From a virus (Duplodnaviria; Caudoviricetes): a stretch of 64,000 nt of DNA. Location: the IMG/VR virus record IMGVR_UViG_3300009103_000025, positions 1,500 to 65,499 of that record, one strand, 5' to 3'. The notes under the pieces are model-generated. The model saw nothing but the letters and a program-made list of their open reading frames with translations. It was not told the origin of the DNA and did not search any database. A program made the translations under genes and the position numbers. This document shows, in pieces, positions 48,531 through 57,908 of the stretch. Within the stretch, counting starts at the first letter, position 1; each line of letters starts with the position of its first letter.

Positions 48531-48822
48531 AGACCTTCTATCCTCTGAGTTTTATGAGGATGGTCTTTCAGAAAGACAGAAGAAAGAGTCTGTCGATATA
48601 GTTGTTTGGACTCTTTTTGGTGCTATATGTGTCAGAGTTAACGGAGGAGACCACACTGGAGTATTAAAATCCCAGAGAGATTCGGTGCAAAAGAAAATGT
48701 TAGAGTGGTCTGGTCATAAAGTGGTTGATTTATGGTTCTACGATTGTCCTACATTATTCAAAGAAGAGTTGAATGATGAGTCTAGAAGAGAGGTTAAGGA
48801 AGCCTTTTACGGTCTAATATGA
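48433..48822 (+). CDS. Vsr/DUF559-like endonuclease
   Basis: GKGE, SVDIVV, VRVNGGDH..RD...LEWSGHKVVDLW. Confidence 0.6.
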   Translation: MNPIIGKGEKTALSVVTELFGENAYYLTQVPFKDLLSSEFYEDGLSERQKKESVDIVVWTLFGAICVRVNGGDHTGVLKSQRDSVQKKMLEWSGHKVVDLWFYDCPTLFKEELNDESRREVKEAFYGLI

Positions 48823-48947
48823 GGGTTGTAAGAAGCTCTTTATAACAATCATCACAATACTTCTGATTTGTCAATGCCAATGATTCATTTCTACATAAAA
48901 CACATGGTGTTAGAATATTTGTATTTTTATGATTGAACCAAGGAGTC

Positions 48948-49220
48948 TCATTTGTAGAGGTTGTCTGGTTCTGGTCTTTCAACAGGTTCCTCCGTTTTTT
49001 CTCCAGCTTTAGGTTTCTCTTCAGAATCCCTAGCCTTTAGAAACTCATGCATTAACTCGATTTTTTGTTGAAGGATTTTTTCCTTCATCATCATCATACC
49101 AATTTCTATCTCTCCATAAGAGATTTTTTCCTTGTTAAAATAATCTGTTATACTTTTATCAAGGTCATCATAGAATGCATTAATTACATCCCATCTTGGC
49201 TCTTGTGTTTCAAAACTCAT
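48948..49220 (-). CDS. Hypothetical protein
   Basis: Start moved to MSFETQEP. Confidence 0.65.
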   Translation of the reverse strand: MSFETQEPRWDVINAFYDDLDKSITDYFNKEKISYGEIEIGMMMMKEKILQQKIELMHEFLKARDSEEKPKAGEKTEEPVERPEPDNLYK

Positions 49221-49245
49221 AATATTTAAAGGTTTAGTATAACTA

Positions 49246-49491
49246 TTAAACTTTATGGCGCAATTTAGCCACAATGGCTAGGGTAACACCAATAATTGGT
49301 ATCATTTCTAGAGTATCTATACCATATAGAAGGAAATCAATAACAATACCATGACCGTGTAGAATGCCATGACCCCAAATACACTCCAAAGCCCACCACG
49401 AATGTGGGATTTGCATATATAAGATAATTGCTGAAATTATAAGGCTTTTAGCCATATGACGCTCGTACCAGTCAAAGAATCGTTTGAACAT
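49246..49491 (-). CDS. Small 2-TM membrane protein
   Basis: Two hydrophobic helices; QIPH..W motif. Confidence 0.7.
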   Translation of the reverse strand: MFKRFFDWYERHMAKSLIISAIILYMQIPHSWWALECIWGHGILHGHGIVIDFLLYGIDTLEMIPIIGVTLAIVAKLRHKV

Positions 49492-49542
49492 ACCTACTTT
49501 ATTCCACAAAGTTTTAATATATAACTCTTATTATTTTATCAT

Positions 49543-49800
49543 ATGGCTGACAATCTGACCGACTCATGTACCGTAGATTTTAGACTATTCGGTGAAAATA
49601 GAGGAATCTATTATGATGAAACAAACAGATGTTTGATATATTTGACCAATCATGAGACATTATCTGACCTTTATAGTACTATTCAACATGAATTAATTCA
49701 TTTCTGTCTTGCAAAACTGGGTATTACTGATGATATAGACGAAGAACAAGAAGAAAAATTAATATTTTTTATGGCTTGGGCTACTCAAGACTGTCTTTAG
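49543..49800 (+). CDS. Small HExxH metallopeptidase-like protein
   Basis: TIQHELIH...EE. Confidence 0.6.
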   Translation: MADNLTDSCTVDFRLFGENRGIYYDETNRCLIYLTNHETLSDLYSTIQHELIHFCLAKLGITDDIDEEQEEKLIFFMAWATQDCL

Positions 49801-50056
49801 AGTGTTTATTTTTATACCACTCTTCAACTTCTTCACTATCTGCTGATATTTTTCGTGCTATCTGCATTGTGTTTTGAAGTTTAAATTTCTTTGGCTTGTT
49901 TCTAACAAGACCATTACAACATCCACATCTCAACCTAGCCATAGAAGAATTTTCTCTATGTAGGTAGTTTTTATGGATGAATGTAGCGCATTCTTGGCAA
50001 TAATAGCTGTCACCATAGTATTTTTTAGTGAACCTAGAGCATAAACCATTACACAT
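49781..50056 (-). CDS. Zinc-binding protein
   Basis: CNGLC, YCQEC, RCGCC. Confidence 0.7.
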   Translation of the reverse strand: MCNGLCSRFTKKYYGDSYYCQECATFIHKNYLHRENSSMARLRCGCCNGLVRNKPKKFKLQNTMQIARKISADSEEVEEWYKNKHSKDSLE

Positions 50057-50241
50057 TAGGTAAAACCCCTAGGATATCCATCATCTCTTTTGTAATAATT
50101 TGGGTCTTTCTTTATATTTTCCTCATATTCTTTAATGCCTTTTGAAACATTTATGTAACAATCAGCACATAAAGTTATCTTATCTATTTTTTCTACGTTA
50201 CCCTCCTTCATACAGATGAGGCACATGGATTTATCCTCCAC
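50056..50241 (-). CDS. Small zinc-finger protein (start uncertain)
   Basis: CLIC...LCADC. Confidence 0.6.
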   Translation of the reverse strand: MEDKSMCLICMKEGNVEKIDKITLCADCYINVSKGIKEYEENIKKDPNYYKRDDGYPRGFT

Positions 50242-50506
50242 CAACTCGAAAAAACCTCCCAAGACTGTTGTTTGTTCTCTCCTCAGCCATGTCATACACA
50301 CTGGTAGACAGTAAAACCTCTTCTTCTAGGTCATTGTATAGACTATCTATATCTTCATCAGTTAGTTTTCTACAACGATTTGCCCTAATCATACCAAGAA
50401 GTCTCTTAACATCTACTCCTCCACCACCTTTCTTTTTATTGGCAACATCCATTGTCATCAATGTGGTTGCATGGTAGATGAATTTCTCCCTCTCTGTAAA
50501 TGTCAT
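50231..50506 (-). CDS. Hypothetical protein
   Basis: 91 aa; ATGA coupling. Confidence 0.7.
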   Translation of the reverse strand: MTFTEREKFIYHATTLMTMDVANKKKGGGGVDVKRLLGMIRANRCRKLTDEDIDSLYNDLEEEVLLSTSVYDMAEERTNNSLGRFFRVGGG

Positions 50507-50844
50507 ACTGGATTTGCAAGAAGGTGTTCTAATGATGCTAAATCCCTTTTTAGCTCAACATCTTCTTTTGCCTCCCAATATTCATAGGGATATTTACAGT
50601 TAGAGCAAGCACAGTTGTCTTTCTCTTCTTGTGTAAATTCTCGATAACCCATTTCTTCTGGGTAATTTGGATCTTCAGGGGTACCTTTCGGTATATGTTT
50701 GGGCATAAATAAATCCCTTTCAAGTTCCATTATACGTTTTATTGTTTTTGACCGTGAAAATACCAATATATCTCTACTTCTATCAGTATCTTGAACGGTT
50801 TTACATATAATGTCTTTGTATTTTTGTTTAATAGTTTCGTTCAT
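50503..50844 (-). CDS. Hypothetical protein
   Basis: ATG 40 nt from the promoter at 50864-50885. Confidence 0.7.
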   Translation of the reverse strand: MNETIKQKYKDIICKTVQDTDRSRDILVFSRSKTIKRIMELERDLFMPKHIPKGTPEDPNYPEEMGYREFTQEEKDNCACSNCKYPYEYWEAKEDVELKRDLASLEHLLANPV

Positions 50845-50930
50845 CCAATGACTAGGTAGCTTAGGGTATTTAAGCGTTACTAACCACAGTATAAACAGTA
50901 TGCATATTATGCATACTATCCATACTATGG

Positions 50931-52712
50931 TTAACGTAGAACTGATTTAACTAAGTTTTTGAATCTGTTTACAACAACATCTGATGCATCATACATAGAA
51001 CGCACATTCATTATTCTCTTTTTACCAAAGCATTCTTCTAAGAACCATTCTCCATACTGATGCATTCCTACTGAAACAATCATAATATTTGGTGTGGTTC
51101 TTCTTGCTCTCAATAAAGCCTTTTGATTCATTGCCAAAAGTTGTTTTTTCTTTAAAGAATAATAGTTGTTTTGATATTGTGGTAGTCCGTCTGTAATCAA
51201 AATCATTAATTTCTTCTGTCCTTTCATCCTTTTTAGTTGTCTAGATGAGTAATCTAGGGCTAAATGGGTAGGTGTCATCATGCATTGACCATCATTTCCA
51301 GTTACTATTTGGTTACAATCCTCTAAGTTATTGATGTCAGTTATACCAACATCACCTCTTTGGTTAGATGACCAAACATTTGCCTTTAATTCTATGTTAG
51401 GATAGTCTTTAACACTTGCAAATAATGATGCGACGAGTTGTCTTGCAACCTCTATTCTGCCATTTTCCATGGAACCAGAGGCATCTACACTGATTACAAC
51501 CGATGCTCCTTGATGTCTTTTTACATCCTTAAAGCATTTTGTAATATCATATCCTCTAATTTGGTTCTCAATATAGGCATCAATATCTATTTCATCACCA
51601 TCATAACCCACAGTAGGTCTAGACCTTTCAGTGATTGTTCTAAATATCTTTCTTAGACCAATTACTGTATCATTATCTAACTCTATACTATCAGACTTAT
51701 CACGATTCACTCTTAAGACGTACGATGGTACAGGTGTTTCAGTACTAGTTGATTCTTCACCCATTGAGTCTTGAATTTCTTGAATCTCTTCTTCACCACG
51801 TTCAGCCTGTTGAGACTCAAGCTCACTAAGTGCGTCTTCATCACCTTCTGCTTCTGCTATTTCATCAATTAAATCATCGTCTGTTTGTGAATCTAATGGG
51901 TCATCAGATAACTGTTGATGGTCTTTACCATCACCTTCAGTACTATCATGCTCCCATTCTTTATCCTCATCCGAATCATGTAAAGGCATATTCTCTTCTA
52001 TTGATTTCTCATATTGTGCTGTTTGCATCTTTGGAGGTAGTTGTTTCTTACGTTGTTTATCTAACTCCTTAAAATATTCATCCACAATGTGTTTTAATTT
52101 AGACATTTGGACTAATGCACCCAGTCTACCACTACCTACAATGTCATTTAATGCTTGACCTAACTCCTTTGAGTGTTTGAATTTTCTACCAGAAACTAAG
52201 TCATCCCTAAAGAATCTATGCATAAGTAGAATATCAACTGGATTGTTTTTTATTTTATTTTTATTAAATTTTTTACCTAGATTTGTTCTTGCTTTTACAA
52301 AACGTTTTTCATTTGCTAGCCAAAGTCTAGCCATCATAGATTCTATTCTTTGGTCTTCAAGAACATTCATCATATTCCACATCATATCATATCTCTCTTG
52401 ATTATGCCAATCTTCTTTATGCATCCATTTTTGCAATAAGTCTTTCATTTCTGGCATAGGTGTTTGCATCATAATATGACCTATTTCATGATTAAATGCA
52501 GTAAATTTCTCCAGACCTTTAACGGCAGGGGTTGCTACATTTAATATAAATTCTGTATTATTTGGTTTTTTATTATTTAAATTCTTATCGATAACTTTGT
52601 TATCATCATCCCAGTATGTAAGGTCAATCTTACAATCTCTCACATGTTCAGCAATATCTGCTGTCTTACGAAAGAATTCTTTGTCCGATAATAAGTCACG
52701 ATTTCTAGCCAT
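50931..52712 (-). CDS. VWA-domain protein (CobT/NorD-like partner of a MoxR AAA)
   Basis: HEIGH, NVLEDQRIE, acidic linker, MIDAS DASGSM, ITDGLP. Confidence 0.9.
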   Translation of the reverse strand: MARNRDLLSDKEFFRKTADIAEHVRDCKIDLTYWDDDNKVIDKNLNNKKPNNTEFILNVATPAVKGLEKFTAFNHEIGHIMMQTPMPEMKDLLQKWMHKEDWHNQERYDMMWNMMNVLEDQRIESMMARLWLANEKRFVKARTNLGKKFNKNKIKNNPVDILLMHRFFRDDLVSGRKFKHSKELGQALNDIVGSGRLGALVQMSKLKHIVDEYFKELDKQRKKQLPPKMQTAQYEKSIEENMPLHDSDEDKEWEHDSTEGDGKDHQQLSDDPLDSQTDDDLIDEIAEAEGDEDALSELESQQAERGEEEIQEIQDSMGEESTSTETPVPSYVLRVNRDKSDSIELDNDTVIGLRKIFRTITERSRPTVGYDGDEIDIDAYIENQIRGYDITKCFKDVKRHQGASVVISVDASGSMENGRIEVARQLVASLFASVKDYPNIELKANVWSSNQRGDVGITDINNLEDCNQIVTGNDGQCMMTPTHLALDYSSRQLKRMKGQKKLMILITDGLPQYQNNYYSLKKKQLLAMNQKALLRARRTTPNIMIVSVGMHQYGEWFLEECFGKKRIMNVRSMYDASDVVVNRFKNLVKSVLR

Positions 52713-53022
52713 TGTTTATCTCCTCAAACTTTTGTCTGTTTAGATAGTCCGTGGCTATTACTCTTTTACCAAACTCATTACAAGTACCAAACGACTTCAT
52801 TGGTTGTTCAGACTTTGTAACTGTATTCTTATTTCTCTTTCTTTTTGATTGGTAAAAACCAGCCTTACTCATAGTCATAAGAATAAAGTTTGGCTTGTAG
52901 TCTTCTGGATGTTCAGTAACAGCACAAACAGGGCATAGCTGATATTTCTTCCAGCATTGACCTTTGGCTCCTCCTCTACATCTAGTTCTAGAGCACATTT
53001 TACAGCGTACCATTAGATACAC
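52705..53022 (-). CDS. Cys-rich hypothetical protein
   Basis: CKMC, CPVC; lies between the AAA and VWA genes. Confidence 0.6.
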   Translation of the reverse strand: MYLMVRCKMCSRTRCRGGAKGQCWKKYQLCPVCAVTEHPEDYKPNFILMTMSKAGFYQSKRKRNKNTVTKSEQPMKSFGTCNEFGKRVIATDYLNRQKFEEINNG

Positions 53023-53047
53023 TCCTTGTTTTTAAAAAAATATTGGG

Positions 53048-53992
53048 TCATTTGAGATTCACCCCAAATGTTTCATTAGCTCTTGCTTTGATTAATTCCC
53101 TTTCGTTAGGGTCAGTGTACTTGATGAGAATTGTCTCTTTAATTGTTGTTTCAAGAATTTCAGCTGGTGATGCGTCTGGCATATCTTCCAATAAATCTCG
53201 ATATACTTCAGTGAATTGTATTAAATCTCTAGGAGATAACACATATTCTATATTGCCTTTTGTTCTTAAACTGTATGTATCTTGTCCAAGTGTTAGAAGT
53301 GGATTTTTAACATATTGTTCTGGAATATCTTTCCAATCTACAACTCTTGTTACCTCTTCAACAGAAGGATAGTCCCATACAGAACCAATTAAACGACTTC
53401 TCAAGTCTTCAGTTAGGTTATTTACTCCAGCATATTCAACTGGGTTTGTTGTAAGAATGATTGCTAATTTGCAATTTTCTTTTAGTCTGTAAGTTTTACC
53501 TCCAGCACTACAACTAGCCCTTTTGTCAAATGGTCTGTTAACCCATTTCTGAATGTCTTCTTCAAGAGCACCGACTTCATCAATGTATAGACATGCATGT
53601 CCAAAATGATTTGCTACTTCAAAAGCAGTAGGCAATAGTCCTCTCTCAAAATAAGAGCCATTTTTGTCAACTTGTAATCTACCTTGTAAATCACTTCTAT
53701 TGGTACCTACTCCACAGTTAAACTCTACTAATGCTATACCTTTATCTCTACATATGGCATGAACTAAAGAAGTTTTACCAAGTCCTTTAGCACCATAAAT
53801 GAGATATGGTTTATCTGCACGTTCAATGACACGTTCTACTCGTTTACGTTCACCATGTAAGTCAACGTATTCTCCCATATCATCTATGTTTTCTGGTGAG
53901 TATTCATCAAAGTTGATGCTGTTAATTCTACCAACAGCTTCATCTTTTTCCTCAGAAATGTTTTCAAGATATTTCATATCGTCTTGTGACAT
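53048..53992 (-). CDS. MoxR-family AAA+ ATPase (CobS/CbbQ-like)
   Basis: GAKGLGKT, LYIDE, TTNP..YAG, LRSR, SPRDL. Confidence 0.9.
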   Translation of the reverse strand: MSQDDMKYLENISEEKDEAVGRINSINFDEYSPENIDDMGEYVDLHGERKRVERVIERADKPYLIYGAKGLGKTSLVHAICRDKGIALVEFNCGVGTNRSDLQGRLQVDKNGSYFERGLLPTAFEVANHFGHACLYIDEVGALEEDIQKWVNRPFDKRASCSAGGKTYRLKENCKLAIILTTNPVEYAGVNNLTEDLRSRLIGSVWDYPSVEEVTRVVDWKDIPEQYVKNPLLTLGQDTYSLRTKGNIEYVLSPRDLIQFTEVYRDLLEDMPDASPAEILETTIKETILIKYTDPNERELIKARANETFGVNLK

Positions 53993-54095
53993 AGTATATA
54001 TTGTATTTACATCTTATTAAGCCTTACTATCCCAACTATGCATACTATTGATAGTTAATTGGGGTATTTAAACGTTGAAAGTGGTTGTAAAAAAA

Positions 54096-54485
54096 TTATA
54101 CTCTCTCTCTTAACTCTAACAATTTCTTAAGAACACGTTTCATTCTTTGTTCCTCATTCCTTAACTTTTGTTTTCTAATTTTGAAGTTCTCCACATTTGC
54201 TTGAGCAACTCTAATCTTATGCATAGCCCTATTACACTCAACATTACAAAACTTTGGTTTGTTAGAAGGAAGTGGTTTATTACAGTATAAACAATTATCT
54301 AGAGACACTGTTAATCCCATCTCTATCATAATCTTTCTTCTAGCATCTCTAACCTTTTTTTGTCTGTCAGCATATCCTTTTTTAATACACTCATCACATT
54401 TTATTCTAGCTGGTGAGTAATCTGTTGTTAGTGGATATATTTCACAGCCACATCCTTCACATGGCTTTTTAATCTCTTCACTCAT
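54096..54485 (-). CDS. Zinc-finger protein
   Basis: CEGC, CDEC, CLYC, FCNVEC. Confidence 0.7.
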   Translation of the reverse strand: MSEEIKKPCEGCGCEIYPLTTDYSPARIKCDECIKKGYADRQKKVRDARRKIMIEMGLTVSLDNCLYCNKPLPSNKPKFCNVECNRAMHKIRVAQANVENFKIRKQKLRNEEQRMKRVLKKLLELRERV

Positions 54486-54664
54486 TTTTTCACCCTATAG
54501 TATGCTTTTCTACACTCATCGTCACAATAAACCCTACTGTTATTGTATCTAGTTGAGACATATTTATTCCACTTACCACATTCACGGCAATTAAATGTCT
54601 TTATCCTAACATTTGGTTTACCAAACATTTGCTCCATCTCCCAATCAGATAAACCTTCAGCCAT
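54482..54664 (-). CDS. Small zinc-finger protein
   Basis: CRECG...YCDDEC; start MAEGL. Confidence 0.65.
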   Translation of the reverse strand: MAEGLSDWEMEQMFGKPNVRIKTFNCRECGKWNKYVSTRYNNSRVYCDDECRKAYYRVKK

Positions 54665-54866
54665 CTTGTTTCTCCTTAAGTTCCATAAAATCACTTGCTA
54701 TTGTTCTCTTAAACAAATCCATATCCTCTTTAGGTATCTCATCATTAGATAAGAAAAAATAAATTAAATTCATTGCACGTTTTAGCTGAGCTTGACAATC
54801 AAGCAATGCATAATATTGCTCTGTATCTCCCATTGGGTCACAATAATCACAACCCAAATTCTTCAA
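54657..54866 (-). CDS. Hypothetical protein
   Basis: Overlap-coupled ORF. Confidence 0.55.
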   Translation of the reverse strand: MKNLGCDYCDPMGDTEQYYALLDCQAQLKRAMNLIYFFLSNDEIPKEDMDLFKRTIASDFMELKEKQDG

Positions 54867-55128
54867 CTCCTATTTCTTTTCTAACCCACTCACAGTTATC
54901 ACACATACATCTAATAGATGGTATGACTTTATTAGCCCAGTACATTTCAGGGTCAGACCAGAAGTCTATCACCCCAGCTTGAGCTACTCTATCATGTGAG
55001 TGAACATTTTCAACTAATATTCTAAGTATAGCACTCATTTGTAATCCTTCAGTATCATCAAAGTAATCAAGGTTACTGTATTTTTTTATCAACTTGTGTT
55101 GACAATCCATTATAGGTGAACAAGTCAT
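54847..55128 (-). CDS. Hypothetical protein (CMCDNC)
   Basis: Coupled ORF. Confidence 0.6.
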   Translation of the reverse strand: MTCSPIMDCQHKLIKKYSNLDYFDDTEGLQMSAILRILVENVHSHDRVAQAGVIDFWSDPEMYWANKVIPSIRCMCDNCEWVRKEIGVEEFGL

Positions 55129-55529
55129 TATGGTATCTCTCCATCAGGGTCAGGTTTTTCATATTTTTTAATAATATCAAATATTCTATCAGATATTGCT
55201 AAAACTCTTTTATCATGATTTGCTATACCCATAGCACCTAATTCTAATTGTAGTTCTTGTAATTCATTTTTAATATCAATCATATCTTTCTCATAATGAG
55301 TATAATATTTACCATCCACTTTAACATAATGGTCTCCACAATCCATTGCTTCAGCTTCATTCTCATCCTTTGGATAATGAGGTTGTATCTTAGGCTCTGG
55401 GTCACTACCATCATGAACCTGTTCTATCTCCTCATATTTCTGAGCTACCTCTTCAGAAGCTTGGTCTTCAATTCCACTTAGAACATATTCCTCATAGAAT
55501 CCAACATCAGGCTCTTCTTCGTAACTCAT
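55128..55529 (-). CDS. Acidic hypothetical protein
   Basis: 133 aa; ATGA coupling. Confidence 0.7.
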   Translation of the reverse strand: MSYEEEPDVGFYEEYVLSGIEDQASEEVAQKYEEIEQVHDGSDPEPKIQPHYPKDENEAEAMDCGDHYVKVDGKYYTHYEKDMIDIKNELQELQLELGAMGIANHDKRVLAISDRIFDIIKKYEKPDPDGEIP

Positions 55530-55969
55530 CTATAATCTTCCTCCGTTACTGAAGCAGTGTATTTATTAATATTTTTTATTTTACTCATAAATTCATATAC
55601 TTCTTGCGCATTTGTTACACCTAATAAATTAAATAATATCAACAAAGTCGATAATGCATAATCATCTTTTTCTTCAACGTGTTGTTTATACTTAGATTGT
55701 CTTAAACATCTTATTGCATTGTCTACTGATTTATTCCACATTTTATTAAATTCCTTTTCACCAGCCTTAAATATCTTTAATTGTTCATCATCTAATTGTG
55801 ACTCTGGTGTCAATCCATTCTCACAATTCATACATTTCCAATGTCTACCATTTTTAATAAAACCTTGGTCAGACGCTAAAATCTCATCACTTGGTACTCT
55901 ATAACCACAATCTTTACAGTAATTACCCACTTCAGAAGGGTCATATACTATTCTATAGAATCTAGTCAA
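55526..55969 (-). CDS. Zinc-ribbon-containing protein
   Basis: CKDCG...CMNC. Confidence 0.65.
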   Translation of the reverse strand: MTRFYRIVYDPSEVGNYCKDCGYRVPSDEILASDQGFIKNGRHWKCMNCENGLTPESQLDDEQLKIFKAGEKEFNKMWNKSVDNAIRCLRQSKYKQHVEEKDDYALSTLLILFNLLGVTNAQEVYEFMSKIKNINKYTASVTEEDYR

Positions 55970-56162
55970 AGTTATTTGCCTCCTTTACATGTGTAACATG
56001 CCAGCATTCAGAGCGATATTTGAATCCTTTACAGTTACATTCAATCTCGCCATTACCTTTCAATACTACTTTATAGTATACATCAGGGTCAGACTTTGAT
56101 TGAACTTCCCATTGATTCGTAATTGAATCATTAAAGTCTGCAATAGAAGTAAAGAAATCCAT
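55962..56162 (-). CDS. SWIM zinc-finger protein
   Basis: V.SKSDPDVYY.V...CNCKGFKYRSECWH. Confidence 0.85.
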   Translation of the reverse strand: MDFFTSIADFNDSITNQWEVQSKSDPDVYYKVVLKGNGEIECNCKGFKYRSECWHVTHVKEANNFD

Positions 56163-56377
56163 TAGTAACCAAGCTCCGTTAATTTAAGATGAACTTCTTC
56201 TTTTACATCCTCTGGGATATAATCAAAGTATTCCTCCATTATTTTTAATGCTTCTTTACATTTATCCATACCAACATAAGCCTCAACCTCTTCAGTCCAG
56301 TTTTCACAAACTAACTCAATCATTTGGTCAGGGTCATTAGCAACAACATCGAATGCATCATTATAATCTATTTCCAT
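56162..56377 (-). CDS. Acidic hypothetical protein
   Basis: 71 aa; TAATG coupling. Confidence 0.65.
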   Translation of the reverse strand: MEIDYNDAFDVVANDPDQMIELVCENWTEEVEAYVGMDKCKEALKIMEEYFDYIPEDVKEEVHLKLTELGY

Positions 56378-56380
56378 ATC

Positions 56381-56623
56381 TTAATAATCATCTCCTTTTA
56401 TAAAAGCCTTACTATCAGCGTCTGGAATCCATTTTTTAATATCTTTTGGATAATACATGTAACCAGAACCATCACAATACCAACACTCAACATCTTGAGT
56501 ATCACCATCAGCCATTTCTACATCACGGATAAATCCATGCAAACAATATTTGCATTTTTCTTTAATTACGTTATTTTTTTCCATAACTTCAGTCTCATGT
56601 TTATCTTCGTGGTCTAAAGGCAT
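56381..56623 (-). CDS. DnaJ-type zinc-finger mini-protein
   Basis: CKYCLHG...CWYCDGSG; start MPLDH. Confidence 0.65.
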   Translation of the reverse strand: MPLDHEDKHETEVMEKNNVIKEKCKYCLHGFIRDVEMADGDTQDVECWYCDGSGYMYYPKDIKKWIPDADSKAFIKGDDY

Positions 56624-56745
56624 TATGTATCTGCACACTCCGTAAGTTTAGAATAACATTTTTCACATAAATTCCATATTACACCATCATGTGTATACCA
56701 TTGTTTCTCTGTTTTATGTCCACAACTGGTTTTTGGAAGTTTCAT
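56623..56745 (-). CDS. 40-aa Cys/His mini-protein
   Basis: Hand translation MKLPKTSCGH...LCEKCY; TAATG coupling at both ends. Confidence 0.55.
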   Translation of the reverse strand: MKLPKTSCGHKTEKQWYTHDGVIWNLCEKCYSKLTECADT

Positions 56746-57212
56746 TAGAAATCACCCCTTCTAACTTGATAACAATTTAATCCTATTTTACGCCACATTT
56801 CAACAACCTTTTGTCTGTCATCAAATGCAGTAACTGGATTAAAACCATCGTTTGTAATTTGCCAGTATAATTCTTCTTTAACAATCTCATCAGGTCTAAA
56901 GTCATCATCTTTTCTTAAATATAATTTATTATATCCCACTCCAGCTTGAGCTAATTGTTGTATTGTAACTTTTCTATGTCTCTCATTTCTAGCACTGGTA
57001 ATAATTACTTTTTCTCCAGCATCATATAATACTTCAGCTATCTTACAAACATCATAATTTGGTCTGTCCCACTCAAGCATACATTCAGGGTCTAGGAATA
57101 AATCCCAGTTCATAACTTTATCTTCATCTCTTTTTGCAAGTTTAGCACGTGCAACACGTAACTCTACATTCATTAAGGTACCATCTACATCAAAAATATA
57201 ATCTTCAGTCAT
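56745..57212 (-). CDS. HAD phosphatase, like the T4 PNK 3'-phosphatase domain
   Basis: FDVDGTL, TSAR, DFRPDEIVKEE, FDDR..VV.MWR..G. Confidence 0.9.
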   Translation of the reverse strand: MTEDYIFDVDGTLMNVELRVARAKLAKRDEDKVMNWDLFLDPECMLEWDRPNYDVCKIAEVLYDAGEKVIITSARNERHRKVTIQQLAQAGVGYNKLYLRKDDDFRPDEIVKEELYWQITNDGFNPVTAFDDRQKVVEMWRKIGLNCYQVRRGDF

Positions 57213-57296
57213 TATTATCATCTCCTTTAAACTGAGCGTAACAATCCCTACACATTGGAGGGTATGAAGTCCAGTCTATACTATTATGCATACATT

Positions 57297-57569
57297 TCAT
57301 TTTAAATCCTCCCTTTGGTCTTCAAATTGTTTGTAGGCATTTTGTTTCATAACTTCACTAATAACTGAAAACATCATTAATTTTAATGTATCTACTATGT
57401 TACCAGACTTTTCATCTCTCCATACAGAAGTAATAAAGTCTGCAAGTTGATTATACATTCTTTCATTTGAGCTTTCAATGTTTGGGTCAGTTAATATTCC
57501 TAAAATCTCAGACGAGAACTCTTTAGTCATAATTATTTTCTCATACATTTTATCATCTTTATCTGCCAT
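57297..57569 (-). CDS. Hypothetical protein
   Basis: ATG 39 nt from its promoter. Confidence 0.7.
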   Translation of the reverse strand: MADKDDKMYEKIIMTKEFSSEILGILTDPNIESSNERMYNQLADFITSVWRDEKSGNIVDTLKLMMFSVISEVMKQNAYKQFEDQREDLK

Positions 57570-57626
57570 AGTAATTATACCATAAACTCATATAAAAGAC
57601 TTACTAACCAGTAACGAATTAATTTT

Positions 57627-57680
57627 AAAAAGAAAAGAGTATTTGGCTCTAAGAGCCTCCTCAAATATCATCTTTTCTAC
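57627..57680 (-). ncRNA. Candidate ~55-nt hairpin sRNA 3
   Basis: Full promoter unit (57703-57741) with no start codon at the expected position; the transcript folds into one hairpin ending in a U-tract. Confidence 0.55.
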
Positions 57681-57765
57681 AATAGTATTTTATTTTTATT
57701 TTATTTAAGCGTTACTAACCACAACAGGGGTATAAAAGCGTTGAATACATGGTTAAAAAAAAGGA

Positions 57766-57900
57766 TTAAGGAGGCAATCCTAAATCTTTGGCTACTTTAT
57801 TAGCCATTTTTAAGGCACGTTCATTTGCACGTTTGTTTACTCCTTCTTTACAGGTACACTTAGTGTGTTTTATGCCACAGAAGTTACAATAATGTCTCAT
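57766..57900 (-). CDS. 44-aa Cys mini-protein
   Basis: MRHYCNFCGIKHTKCTC... Confidence 0.55.
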   Translation of the reverse strand: MRHYCNFCGIKHTKCTCKEGVNKRANERALKMANKVAKDLGLPP

Positions 57901-57908
57901 TGTATCAG

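Noticed and set aside
48794-48982. 62-aa minus-strand ORF with two CxxC pairs
   Set aside because: Possibly real, but it has a TTG start inside the upstream gene and overlaps a convergent gene, so it was left uncalled
53048-53992. Calling the AAA ATPase cobS, a cobalamin auxiliary metabolic gene
   Set aside because: The motifs support only the MoxR family; no cobN or other cob genes are present
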